DNA of 64,000 bases from an uncultured Acidobacteriota bacterium (lineage in GTDB: Bacteria; Acidobacteriota; Thermoanaerobaculia; UBA5066). The position numbers were made by a program, and so were the translations under genes. The stretch covers positions 1 to 64,000 of the forward strand of contig CAVZYA010000002.1 in assembly GCA_963779415.1 (NCBI GenBank). Reading direction: 5' to 3'. Below are positions 7,475 through 17,888 of this stretch, piece after piece. Below the pieces are notes generated by a model, which worked only from the letters and a program-made list of their open reading frames with translations, had not been told where the DNA came from and did not search any database. Positions within the stretch are counted from its first letter, which is position 1; the number at the start of each line of letters is the position of its first letter.

Positions 7475-9728
7475 GTGGCCCGACCCGACGCCCCCCCGCG
7501 GCTCCTCCCGGCACTCGCCGCCGCCGGCTTCGCGGCGACCGCCGCCCAGGTCCTCCTCCTGCGCGAGCTTCTCGTCTCGGCCGCGGGGGACGAGGCGGCG
7601 ATCGGCACCGGCCTCGCCGCCTGGCTTCTCGGCATTGCCGTCGGCGCGCTCGCCGCGCGGCGCTCCTCGCCGGAACGTCTTCCGCGCCTCGGCGCGCCGC
7701 TCCTCTCCCTCCTCGCGCTCGCGGGGGCGGCCGGCATCGTCGCGCTCCGCCTCCTTTCGCTCGCCGCCGCGCCGCCACCCGGCGAGCTGCCCGGCCTCGG
7801 GACCGTCCTCGTACTCGCCGCTGCGACACTCCTCCCCGCCGGGGCGCTCGTCGGCGCCTCGTTCGCGGCGCTCGCCGCCGCCGCCGCCCGGCAGCTGCCG
7901 CCAGGCGCGGCGCTCGCCCGCCTCTACGTCGCCGAGTCGGTCGGCTCCCTCGTCGCCGGGTGCGCCGCGAGCCTCCTCGTCGGGACGCTCCTCCGGCCGC
8001 TCCCCGCGGCCCTCCTCGCGGGGCTCGCCGCCGCGGCGCTCGTCGCCGCGTCGGGGCTTGGCGCGCGGCGCGCCCCTCTCGCCGCGCTCGCCCTCCTCGC
8101 CGCGGCGCTCGCCGCCGCCCGCCCCCTCGACGACGCGACGGAGAGAATCCGCTTCCGCGCCCTCGCTCCCGAGACTCCCCTTCGCGCCATCCGCGACACG
8201 CCGTACGCGCACCTCGCGCTCGGCGGCGACGGCCCGCTCGTCCTCTTCTCGAGCGGCGCCTACGCCGCGACCTTCCCCGATCCCTACACGAGCGAGGGGT
8301 TCGCCCACCTCGCCGGCTCCCTCGCCCCGTCGCCGCGGCGGATCCTCGCGACCTCGGACCTGGCCCTCGGGGCGCTCAGGTTCCTCCTCCTCCACGGTCC
8401 CGAACGGGTCGACCTCGTCGAGCCCGACCCTCGCGCCCTCGCCTTCGTCCGCGAGCGGCTTGGCGAAGCCGACCGTCGGGCCCTCCTCGACCCGCGTGTC
8501 CGCGTCGTCGAGGATGACCCACGCCGCTTCCTCGCACGCTCCGCGGACGCGTGGGACCTCGTCCTCCTCCTCGGCCCCGACCCGGTCACGCTCTCCCGCG
8601 CCCGCCTCCTGACCGAGGAGACGTTCCGCGCCGCCGCCGCGCGCCTCGCGCCGCGCGGCGTCCTCGTCGTCTCCCTCCGGACCTCCGCGGCCGCGCTCGC
8701 CGGCCCGACCGCGGCGCTCGGCGGCTCGGTCTGGGGGGCGCTCCGCTCCGTCTTCCCCGTCGTCCACGCGACGCCCGGCCCCGAGAGTCTCCTCGTCGCG
8801 GGCTTCGACCCGTCGGCCGTCACGCTCGACCCGGGCATCGTCGCCGGCCGCTTCCACGCACGGCGGATCGCCGCCGGGGCCTTCACCCCCGAGCTCTTCC
8901 CGCTCCTCCTCGAGCCGGGGAACGTCGCGCGCCTCGAGGCCGCGCTCGACGAGGCCGCGCGGCGCGTCCCGCCGAGCCGCGACGACCGCCCCGTCTCGCT
9001 CCTCTTCGCCCTCGCCCGCCGCGAGCTCGAGACGGCCAGCCCCGCCGCGCGCGCGTTCGGAGCCCTCGCGCGGCTGCCGGCGCCGCTCCTCGTCCTCCTC
9101 GTCCTTCTCCCGCCCGCCGCCGTCGCGCTCCGGGGCTTCGTCTCCCCCGCCTCCTGCGACCCGCGCGGCCGCAAGCGGCGTCGCCGCCACGGGCGCCGCC
9201 GGCATGGCCCTCTCCTTCCTCCTCCTCCTCTCCTTCCAGACGCGCGAAGGGAGGCTCTACGGCGCGCTCGGCGCGCTGACCGCGGCCTTCATGCTCGGCC
9301 TCGCCCTCGGGGCGGCCTGCGCGCGCCGGCTCGTCGCTACGCGCTCCGCGCCGCCGCGCCGCGGCCTCTTCGTCCCCCTCCTGGCAGTCGCCGGAGCTTT
9401 CGCCGCCGTCGCCCTCGCCCTCCCCGCCCTCGCGCGTCTCTCCTCCGCGCCGCCGGCGGCCGCCTTCGGCGCGCACGCCCTCCTCCTACTCGCTTCCGGC
9501 ATGGCCACGGGGTCGCTCTTCCCCTTCGCGACGGCCGTCCTCCTCGGGGAGGGACAGGGCGCGGGCGCTTCTGCCGCGGCCTTCGAGGCGGCCGACCACT
9601 TCGGGGCGGCCGCCGCGGCCCTCCTCGCGGGCGTCGCGCTTGTCCCCGCGCTCGGGATGACGGCCACCGGCCTCCTCGCCGCCGCGGTCGTCCTCCTCGC
9701 GGCCCTCGGCGCGGCGCGCCCCCGCTGA
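7475..9728 (+). CDS. Fused membrane/spermidine-synthase-like (SAM-fold) protein, with a +1 frameshift near 9135
   Basis: N-terminal TM region (AQVLLLRELL, LYVAESVGSLVAG); central VDLVEPDP, DPRVRVVEDDPRRFL, WDLVL; C-terminal TM region in next frame (GMALSFLLLLSFQ...AFMLGLALG). Confidence 0.8.
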
Positions 9729-9731
9729 CCT

Positions 9732-10887
9732 TCAGCTCCAGACGCCCGGGATCGCGCGGCCGCAGTCGGGGCAGGCCCCCTTCTTGAGCCGGTTCTCGAC
9801 CATCGCCATCCCGACGCGGTGGATGAGCCGCGCCTTGCAGCCGGGACAGTACGTCGACTCCCCCGGGTGCCCGGGGACGTTCCCGACGTAGGCGAACGGG
9901 AGCCCCTCGGCGAGCGCGATCTCCCGCGCCTTCTCGAGCGTCGCGACGGGCGTCGGCGGGAGGTTCGTCAGCCGGTAGATCGGCTGGAAGCGCGTGAAGT
10001 GGAGGGGCGTCTCGCGCCCCACCTCGTCCCTCACGAAGCGCGCGACGGAGCGGATCTCGGCGTCGGAGTCGTTGATCGTCGGGATGACGAGCGTGACGAC
10101 CTCGGTCCAGAGCTTCGCCTTCGCGAGCCTCCGGAGCGTGTCGAGGACCGCGCTTCAGCTCGCCGCTGCACATCTCGCGGTAGGTCTTCTCCGACCAGGC
10201 CTTCAGGTCGACCTTGTAGGCGGCGAGGACCGGGCAGAGTTCGCGGAGCGGCTCCTCGCGGATCGAGCCGTTCGAGACGACGACCGTCTTCAGCCCCGCC
10301 TTCCGCGCCGCGACGGCGAGGTCGAGGACGTACTCGGCGAAGACCGTCGGCTCCGAGTAGGTGCAGGCGACGAGGGGAGCCCCCCTCTTCAGGGCGAGCG
10401 CGGCGATCTCCTCGGGCGTCCGCGTCGGTACGGGGATCTCCTCCGGGCGCGACTGCGAGATCTCCCAGTTCTGGCACCAGCGGCAGTGGAAGTTGCAGCC
10501 GGCGGTCCCGAGCGAGAGCGCCGGGGTCCCGGGGAGGACGTGGAAGAACGGCTTCTTCTCGATCGGGTCGAGATTGAGCGCGACGGGGCGGGAGTGGACG
10601 AGCGTCATCAGCCGGCCGCCCCGGTTCTCGCGGACGCCGCACTCGCCGCGCTCCCCTTCCGGGATCTCGCAGCCGCGGAAGCAGAGGCCGCAGGCGACCG
10701 CCCGGCCGGGAAGCGGCGACCACCAGCGGGCCGGCTGCGCGGCGAGGCCGGGAGAGGGTGCCGCCGGTGTCCGCAGCGCCGGTGCGCGGTCCTCGTTCTG
10801 GAGGCACCAGGCGCACGCGAGCCGTTCCGTCGCCGCCGCTCCGGCCGCGGCGAGTGCCGAGACGAGGAGCTCGCGGCGCGTCTTCAT
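9732..10887 (-). CDS. amrS: AmmeMemoRadiSam system radical SAM enzyme, single-base frameshift near 10152
   Basis: CGLCFRGC...GECGVREN, DPIEKKPFFH, GCNFHCRWCQNWEISQ, TYSEP; continues in shifted frame VLDTLRRL...LHFTRFQP...YVGNVPG...TYCPGC...CPDCG; N-terminal TRRELL. Confidence 0.88.
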
Positions 10888-12518
10888 CGTTTCGGGAGCG
10901 GGGCCGCCCGGGCCGCCTCCTCGTGGAAGACCTGTCCGGTGAAGACGGAGAACTTCGCGCCGCTCCTCCACTCCCCTCGGGAGAGGCCTGCCTTCTCGGC
11001 CAGGGCGTCGAGCGTCTCCTCGACCGTCCAGCCCTGCTCCTGGGCGACCTGCGGGAGGAAGAGCGCGCGGTGCGCCCCCTTCTCGAGGACGATCCCGTGC
11101 GTCCCGATCCGGATCTCCTTCCAGGAGCCGATCGGGACGATCGGCGAGAGGACGGTCACCTCGACCGAGAGCCCCGGCAGCTCCCACGCCTCCACCCTGG
11201 GGAAGCGCGGGTCGCCGAGGGCCGCGTCGAGGGCCGATTTCACGACGGCGAGGTCGAGCGGGTAGGTCGGGACGACCTGCCCGATGCAGCCGCGCAGGTC
11301 GCCGAGCCGCGCGATCGCGGCGGGGTCCTTCCGCTTCAGCGTCACGAAGACCGCCTGGAGGGGGAGGGAGGCGCGCCCCTCGGGAAGCTCCCGGAGGGCG
11401 GCGTCGAGAGGGGCCGGGTCGCCGCGGAGTTCGGCGTCGAGCGCCCCGCGCGCGACCCGGACGAGCGCCCGTCCGACGGCGTCCGCGACCGGCGGGTCGC
11501 CTGCCGCCACCGCGGCGATCCGCGGCGGCGCGTTCATCGGCTCCCCGACGGACCCCTCCTCGCGCGCAAAGCAGAGCGAGACGTAGTCGACGGAGCTGTC
11601 GTCGGCGACGCCCGGCATCTCGCCCGAGGCCCAGTGCGCGAGGAGCGTCGCCTTCGCCCCGGGGGCGATCCGCCGGAGGAGCTCGAGCATCGTGACGAGC
11701 CCCGCCTCCCCGCAGATCGTCGACTCCTTCTCGCGGATGAAGCTCCGCCACCCTTCCGCGTCGAGCCGCCGGAGGAGACCGACGCCCAAGTCGTCGAGCT
11801 CGCGGACCCTCGCGCGCGCCCCGGTCGTCGGCCCGAACGGCATGTAGTCGAAGCGCGGCCCGTAGTGCGTGAAGTCGGACGAGAAGACGAAGAGCGTCTT
11901 GCCGTCGTCGAGCCGCGCGAGCTTCTCGGCGAAGGCCTTCTCGGCCGCGGCGTCGACGCGTCCGACGAGGATCGGGACGAGGGTGAACGAGCCGAGCGCC
12001 GCCTGCAGGAACGGAAGCTCGATCTCGACGGCGTGCTCGGGCCCCGTCACCCCCGGAACGACGCGCGCGAGGCCGGGCGCCTCGAGGTCGCCGACGGCGG
12101 CGCGCGCGAGCGGGATCTCGCCGAGCGGAGTCCGGTAGGCCGCGGCGTCCTCGAGAGCGTAGCCCGCAAAGGCCGCGTGGTGCGAGGGGGCCATCACGAC
12201 GATGCGCGTGAAGGAGCCCGGCTTCAGGATCCGGAAGGCCGCCGCGGCGACCGTCCCCGAGTAGATCCAGCCGGCGTGCGGGACGGCGAGGGCGACGGGA
12301 CGGCCGTACGGCATCGGCGCCGCCGAGGCCTGGCGCATCAGGCTGCGCGCGGTCGCGAGGAGGAGGGCCGGAGAGCCGGGGTACCAGGAGCCGGCGAGGG
12401 CGGGGGGCCGGACCGTCCCGGCGGGCGTCGTCGCCACCGGCGCCCCTACGCCGGGGCCCGTCATCGCCGAGCCTCCGATGAGAAGCCCGAGCGTCGCGAG
12501 ACGCGCACGGCGGATCAC
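10884..12518 (-). CDS. amrB: AmmeMemoRadiSam protein B (Memo-like) fused to protein A (AMMECR1-like)
   Basis: Memo motifs AGSWYP, PHAGWIYSG, SHH, EHAVE, SSDFTHYG, TICG; AMMECR1 motifs VFVTL, LRGCIG, DPRFP, LFLPQVA. Start GTG 12518 (alternative ATG 12554); ATGA overlap with amrS. Confidence 0.92.
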   Translation of the reverse strand: MIRRARLATLGLLIGGSAMTGPGVGAPVATTPAGTVRPPALAGSWYPGSPALLLATARSLMRQASAAPMPYGRPVALAVPHAGWIYSGTVAAAAFRILKPGSFTRIVVMAPSHHAAFAGYALEDAAAYRTPLGEIPLARAAVGDLEAPGLARVVPGVTGPEHAVEIELPFLQAALGSFTLVPILVGRVDAAAEKAFAEKLARLDDGKTLFVFSSDFTHYGPRFDYMPFGPTTGARARVRELDDLGVGLLRRLDAEGWRSFIREKESTICGEAGLVTMLELLRRIAPGAKATLLAHWASGEMPGVADDSSVDYVSLCFAREEGSVGEPMNAPPRIAAVAAGDPPVADAVGRALVRVARGALDAELRGDPAPLDAALRELPEGRASLPLQAVFVTLKRKDPAAIARLGDLRGCIGQVVPTYPLDLAVVKSALDAALGDPRFPRVEAWELPGLSVEVTVLSPIVPIGSWKEIRIGTHGIVLEKGAHRALFLPQVAQEQGWTVEETLDALAEKAGLSRGEWRSGAKFSVFTGQVFHEEAARAAPLPKR

Positions 12519-12659
12519 CCTTCCCTCGATCGGCCCTCCCCGGAGAGCCACCATGAATTCTAGTCCCGTGGGAGGCGGAGGGGGTCGGGGGCACCACCGG
12601 GACTGTTTCGGAAAGAAGAGCGATCCCCAGGAGGACTCTCGGGAGCGACCGCGTCATGT

Positions 12660-12909
12660 ACTCGACGACGGATTTCTGCTGACTGGTTCAGGCTTAGGCG
12701 CGAAACCCCGCGAGGTCTTCGCGGGGTCGTTTTGACCGCAAACCGGGAGCCGATTCACGGAAGAATGATGTAGCTCCGCAGTCGGTCCGCCACGCGAACT
12801 GCGTTCTCGGGCCGATCAGAGAACATTCAACCCGTTCTCAGCCTGGAACCATTTCTTGAATCAATGGGTTGCTTCGTGGTGCGCGGAGCCTCCGTGAAAC
12901 TGTCACCCC
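12660..12909. repeat. Complete att-like junction: arm + tRNA-Asn 3'-end core + arm
   Basis: CGAAACCCCGCGAGGTCTTCGCGGGGT (12701) matches 31808; core GTAGCTCCGCAG 12770-12781 (11 of 12 vs tRNA end); right arm ends TGAAACTGTCACCCC. Confidence 0.85.
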
Positions 12910-13063
12910 ACTCTTCCATTAACGGTATCGTTTTTCATTGTAAGGACTGAGACTGGCTGCCGTGGTGATCGCGTCACGGGCCTCACTCTGCAGGAGAGGT
13001 CGGTTAAACATCGACCAGACCGGATCACCCGAACGTCACGAACGAGTCCGAACGTCTACAGCC

Positions 13064-13564
13064 TCACTTGACGGCGGCGATTTCCGTGACCGGATGAACC
13101 TCCCAGTTCGTGCCGCGCGGGTACTTGACCGGGTTCACGTCGTAGTAGAGCCACCCGGTCACACGGACCTTCTTGCCCTCAAGAGCCCACAGCTTCGCCG
13201 GGGCGAGCCCGGTGGATTTCGCCATCCAGGCGGGTGTGACCTCGACAATGACCCACTTGCGGGTGTCAGTCTCCTCCGGCCTGGAGGCCAGGTAGAGCCG
13301 AATGTCGTCGTCTGAGCTCTTGATCACCTGTATGACGTGGCCTTCGATCACGGCGCCCTTCGACGTGGACCAGTCCCCAGGCTTTGACCTGGCCAGGAGC
13401 GAGTCGAGAGTCGCCGTCTTCTCGATGTCCGTGGCTTTCGGCGCCGTCGCCCTGGCCTTCAGGTCGGCGTCGGATGCCGACGACTGGGCCATCAGGCTCG
13501 GCCCGAGGGCAACTGCCGCCACGGCAGAGATGCCTCCGAGCCACCTCGTGAATGTATGTGACAT
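13064..13564 (-). CDS. Exported hypothetical protein, probable OB-fold
   Basis: GGAGG RBS; signal peptide; GKKVRVTGWLYYD...WEVHPVTEI. Confidence 0.72.
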   Translation of the reverse strand: MSHTFTRWLGGISAVAAVALGPSLMAQSSASDADLKARATAPKATDIEKTATLDSLLARSKPGDWSTSKGAVIEGHVIQVIKSSDDDIRLYLASRPEETDTRKWVIVEVTPAWMAKSTGLAPAKLWALEGKKVRVTGWLYYDVNPVKYPRGTNWEVHPVTEIAAVK

Positions 13565-13748
13565 GAATTCATACCTCCACTCGTTTGTCGCCGCACGAGA
13601 CGTGCCAATCGTACGACTGCGCCGGGCATGCGGAAAAGGTCGCCAATCGACACTTGCAGTCGTCGTGGCCAGCGGTGACGTGGTAGGGATTTCAGCGGGT
13701 CGTGAAAACGCTTCCTTCCGGGCCAAAGCTCTATGCTTCACGGAAGAG

Positions 13749-13928
13749 TGTGGGGGGCAATGGGATCTGCGTCTCTACAACTATGTGCACTTCCGCCTGA
13801 AACGAGGTCAGGCCAGGTCGGCGGAGGTTCTGAAGCGGCCGACGTGTGGGCGCCGAGTCGAGAGAGCGCCGGCGAATCTCTGGTCTCTGCACACCGGCGT
13901 GCACCGCAATTCCCTTTGCACCGCTACA
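13749..13928. mobile_element. 180-bp MITE-like element, TGT...ACA family
   Basis: TGTGGGGGGCAATGGGATCTGC ... GCAATTCCCTTTGCACCGCTACA. Confidence 0.7.
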
Positions 13929-14002
13929 GCTGAGGTCAGGACCATGGCCCGCCACGTGCGGCGGGCCACCCCTGGTCCCGCTGGAAACCTCGAACGGCGA
14001 TC

Positions 14003-16114
14003 TCAGTTCGGCCCAAGCCAGAGATGCACGCCCGCGAAGACCTGCGCCGTCGGTCCGGGAAAGTACGAGTTTCCGTCCGGGTCCGGCTCCGTCCAGGCGA
14101 TGTACTTCTTTCCCGTCAGGTTGAGAAACGCGAGGGTGGCCTCGCCCCTGTGCCAGCGCACTTTCCAGTTGTAGGCGACCTTCGCGTTCAGAATCGTGTA
14201 GCCCCCCGCCCACGTCGTGTTGGAGGCGTCGACGTAGGAACGCGTCTGAAGCGCCACGCCGAATCCCAGGACCAGGTTCCGGATCGGCGCCACCTGAAGG
14301 TTCAGATAGAGCTGGCTCTCCGGCGCGTTGGGCATGTAGACGTTGTAGTACGTCCCGTTAAGATCCTGGGCCTCCGTGTACATGAAGTGCGAGTAGGTGT
14401 ACGCCAGCTGGGTCGAGAAGACTGGCGAAGGGGACCAGCCGGCTTGCAGCTCGACGCCGTAACGGTCGCTCGCGCCGAAATTCCCGTAGAAGGTCTCGAG
14501 GGGTCGTGACTCAACGCGGTACCTCCCGAAGTCGTGCTTGGTGTAGAGGCCGAAGCCGACCACGTCCCACGAGAGGCTCTTCGAGAAGACGCCGCGGGCC
14601 CCGACCTCCCACCCCTGCGACGTGGCAGGGACGAGGTTCGTGTTGAAGCCGCCGAAGGCTGCCGGGTTGCTGTCCAGTTCTTCGGTCGCGGGCGGAATGA
14701 AGCCCTGTCCCCAGCTCGCGTAGAAGCCGAGGTTCGGCTTCGGATTCCAGGTCACGCCCACCCGTCCGGTCGGCTTGTCGTAATTCGCCTCGCCCGACTG
14801 GTCGATGCCGCCGGCCATGAGGTTGTCCGTAAGTTTGTTCGTGGTCCGGTCCCAGCGGACGCCGAGAACCGCACCCCATTGCGGGCCGAAATCGATGCGG
14901 TCGAGAAGGTAGACGCCAAGACCGCTCTGGCGGATGGTCTGGTCGGAGACGACGAGAGCCCCCTCCTGGGCCCCGCCGAGATTGGGACGCTTCGAAGACG
15001 CGATCGTCTGGCCGTCGACGTCCAGGCCGAGGCTGAGATGGTTCTTGATCGCCCCGCTCCCGAGGTTGATCCTGTACTGGACGTAGGCACCGGGCGTGTC
15101 GAGAGTGCGGTACTCGACCGTGTCGGGGACCGCCTCCGTGTACTGAGTGACGCGGTAGTAGAGGGCGTACGCGAGTTCCTGATTCGCCCCGAGCGCCGTC
15201 TGGCCGCTGACGCCCCAGGTCGCGCGGCGGGTCTGCTGGTATTCGTTGAACGTGCCGGAGTCGGGGTTGGCCATCCGCGGGTTCTCGGCCACCTGCTCCT
15301 GGTTCAGCCCCTCGGGGTTCTCGTTGAAGTAGCTCGTCGCCGCGACGATCGCCGTCAGGTGCGTCGAGGGCCCGGCAGCGATTCCGAACTTGCCGTAGAC
15401 GTTCGTCGCGAAGTACGCCGCGTGATCGCGATAGGCGTTCCCCATCGTCCGGGAGGCGGAGACCCGGTAGCTCACCGGCCCCTCGACGCCGCCGGTCTCG
15501 CCGCCCACCTTCCAGAAGGCGTCCGTGCCGACGCTTCCCGCGATTTCGCCGGGATCCTGATCCTTCTCCCCGTCGCGCGTGACGATGCTGATGACGCCGC
15601 CGGCGCCGCCGCCCCCCCAGAGGGCGGAAGTGGGCCCGCGGAAAACCTCGACGCGCTGGACCGTGGCCCAGTCGACGTCGAAGAGATCCGGCGCGAAGCC
15701 GGACGGGTCGTTGAGAGGGAGGCCGTCGAGGAGGATCTTGATCCCCCGGACTCCAGTCTCCGTCAGGAGGCCCTGCCCGCGAATGGAGAGATGCACCCGC
15801 TCGCCGTCGGCCTGGTTGTCGACCTTCACCCCCGGCACGAGCTTCAGCGCCTCGTCGGCCGCGATCGACTTCGTCATCGTCTTGTCAATCGTCTCGGCGC
15901 CGACGACGCTCGTCGCGCCGGGGTTCTCACGGAGGGGGATTTCCATCCGCGGAGCCGTGACCATGACCTCCGCGCTCGCGGGGGGAACGGCGGGCTGATC
16001 GGATGGCGTTTCGGAGGAGGTCTGGGAGAGTGCAGGCCTGCCGGCGACTCCGAGGAGCGCCATGGAGACGGCGCCTGCACGAAGTGTCCACGAGAGGACA
16101 TTCAGATGATTCAC
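14003..16114 (-). CDS. TonB-dependent outer membrane receptor
   Basis: AAAGGAG RBS + GTG; signal peptide; EVMVTAPR TonB box; LSIRG, LLDGLP, RVEVFRGPTSALWG plug motifs; barrel with NLTGKKY. Confidence 0.93.
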   Translation of the reverse strand: MNHLNVLSWTLRAGAVSMALLGVAGRPALSQTSSETPSDQPAVPPASAEVMVTAPRMEIPLRENPGATSVVGAETIDKTMTKSIAADEALKLVPGVKVDNQADGERVHLSIRGQGLLTETGVRGIKILLDGLPLNDPSGFAPDLFDVDWATVQRVEVFRGPTSALWGGGGAGGVISIVTRDGEKDQDPGEIAGSVGTDAFWKVGGETGGVEGPVSYRVSASRTMGNAYRDHAAYFATNVYGKFGIAAGPSTHLTAIVAATSYFNENPEGLNQEQVAENPRMANPDSGTFNEYQQTRRATWGVSGQTALGANQELAYALYYRVTQYTEAVPDTVEYRTLDTPGAYVQYRINLGSGAIKNHLSLGLDVDGQTIASSKRPNLGGAQEGALVVSDQTIRQSGLGVYLLDRIDFGPQWGAVLGVRWDRTTNKLTDNLMAGGIDQSGEANYDKPTGRVGVTWNPKPNLGFYASWGQGFIPPATEELDSNPAAFGGFNTNLVPATSQGWEVGARGVFSKSLSWDVVGFGLYTKHDFGRYRVESRPLETFYGNFGASDRYGVELQAGWSPSPVFSTQLAYTYSHFMYTEAQDLNGTYYNVYMPNAPESQLYLNLQVAPIRNLVLGFGVALQTRSYVDASNTTWAGGYTILNAKVAYNWKVRWHRGEATLAFLNLTGKKYIAWTEPDPDGNSYFPGPTAQVFAGVHLWLGPN

Positions 16115-16211
16115 GTGTTCACTCCTTTCCGGCCAGGTCCAAGACGGACCAAGCCGAAGGGCCCGGGTGAAGTTCGCTGAGATTCTTCGGGAGCGGGCGA
16201 ACGCCCGGGTC

Positions 16212-16874
16212 TCATTCCCTCGCGGGAACGATCCCGGCGGGGACGCCCCGTGCGCCCAGGTGGAGATCACGTGCGCCGTCGACTCTTCCGCGCGCCGCGG
16301 CCACCAACCGTCCGGATTGAGCGTCCGCGCAGGGACGCCCCTGGGACGACCGCGGCAGGGCTGGTCTGTCGCTCCCCTGACGAGACTCGACCGTCACCGG
16401 TCCGGAGAGATCGCAGGCCGCCGAAGGGAGACAGTCGTCCGGAGCGATCCACAGCTCGCCATCCCGGTGAAGAAGCGGTGCCATGCCGAAGCAGGGAGAA
16501 ACGGAGATGGAGAACGGCTCACCCGGCTCGCCGTCGGTCTCCCGCCCCTCCCGGCCGTACCGGATCCGGAGCCGCGCCGCGGAGACCGCGATGCGCGGAA
16601 CATCCCACTGGAAGGATCCGGCCTGCGGGTCGATCTGCGGCGTCAGGCGGATGGAGGCGGCATCCAGGCCGTCGACCGACAGGAGCAGTTCCATCTCCTC
16701 CACGTCTTCGGGCAAGGGCGACCAGCGGATCTCCACGGACGTTCCCGAGACGAGGGTCTCGCCGGCTCGGGGGAAGAGGACTCGTCCCCCTTCGGACCCG
16801 CTCGCACGAAGCGGGAGCCTCCATAGGAGAGCCACGACGGCGAGTGAGACAAGACGGAGCCACGGCCACCGCAC
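16212..16874 (-). CDS. Exported hypothetical protein (Ig-like N-domain, low-complexity tail)
   Basis: Signal peptide; FPRAGETLVSGTSVEIRW...ELLLSVDG...FQWDVP; co-oriented upstream of the TonB receptor. Confidence 0.65.
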   Translation of the reverse strand: MRWPWLRLVSLAVVALLWRLPLRASGSEGGRVLFPRAGETLVSGTSVEIRWSPLPEDVEEMELLLSVDGLDAASIRLTPQIDPQAGSFQWDVPRIAVSAARLRIRYGREGRETDGEPGEPFSISVSPCFGMAPLLHRDGELWIAPDDCLPSAACDLSGPVTVESRQGSDRPALPRSSQGRPCADAQSGRLVAAARGRVDGARDLHLGARGVPAGIVPARE

Positions 16875-17013
16875 CGGCGGCCGACTGGAAAGCCCGAGCC
16901 CGGTGAATCGGCTCTTCAGGATCCCGGTCCTTTCACGAGGAGAAGACGAGCACGATTCTATCCGTTCCTCGCCTGGTCTGGCTGAGCTTCTCGTCTGGTT
17001 AATAGAACGATTG

Positions 17014-17130
17014 TGTAGGGGCGCAATGGGAATTGCCGGGGGCTGTCTCGCCTAGAAGGTGCGGTTCTGTCCTCCGGCTTCCTCAGTTCCGTTCGGCCAG
17101 ACTGGCATTCTGCCCGGGCTGGGGCTCTCC
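17014..17130 (+). mobile_element. Left end of TGT...ACA element
   Basis: TGTAGGGGCGCAATGGGAATTGCC followed by TCTCGCCTAGAAGGTGCGG...CTGGCATTCTG, shared with 20335, 21493 and 27557. Confidence 0.8.
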
Positions 17131-17213
17131 GGTACCCGGCTGATTCTGCCGGTCCTGGTTCGAAGTGCCGCCGGAGATCCCGTTCCGAAGCTCAGAGCCA
17201 GGTGCTCGAGGGG

Positions 17214-17707
17214 TGTCGATCGCCAGAATCGCGTCGTCCCCGAGAGTCGGGTGGGGACCGGTCTCGACGAGGCCAGAAAGATGCGGTAACGATGTCGACC
17301 GAAGGCCCTGCGACCGGCGGAGTCCGTAGTCTTCGTGAAGAGGGAGCAAACCCTCGGGATCCGGACGTAGTCCGACGACATCGCAGAGGCGCCGAGGTGC
17401 TCCCCCGGATATGCCGCGGCTTCAGGCTGCGCGGCGGGTGTACCGGTGATGAAGCCCACCGAGGCGGATGAGCGAGATGACCTCGATGTGATCGAAGAGT
17501 TCGCGGCGGATGGTCCCGATGAAGCGCTCGACGTAACAGTTCATCTTCAAGGCGCGAACAGCGGTCGTGATGGCTCGGATGCCGAGCATGCCGACAGGCT
17601 ACGGGCCCATGACCGATCAGAGGGGCCGGCCCGGGGAGCGCAGGAACCACAGTCGGCGGAGGCACCTATGCCCCCATTCGGACACCTCATGGGATTCTGG
17701 CGAGGCA
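17214..17707 (-). pseudogene. Internally deleted IS with integrase-core (rve-type) transposase remnant
   Basis: IRs TGTCGATCGCCAGAATC / GATTCTGGCGAGGCA; minus-strand NCYVERFIGTIRRELFDHI...LGGLHHRYTRRAA* ending at 17422. Confidence 0.75.
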
Positions 17708-17888
17708 CCCCCCCCGGTGCTAGCATCCCGACGCCCTTGGGGGAGCTCCGATTCGATCCTGTCGGTGACTGAGGGCCGGTACGCGCTGCGTCATCGCGAG
17801 CTAATCAAGTGACGACCACGGGAAGAGAGCCACCTCCCAGAGCTTGATCTCCCGATCCAGTTCGCAACCTGCGACAAGAAAGCGCTCC

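Noticed and set aside
9337-12657. 1106-aa ORF as a giant fusion
   Set aside because: Only the 10887-10152 part is real (amrS); the rest is Arg/Pro-rich off-frame sequence of amrB/A.
16115-17013. Cobalamin or other riboswitch upstream of the TonB receptor
   Set aside because: No recognisable B12 box or other aptamer consensus by eye; an Rfam scan would be needed.
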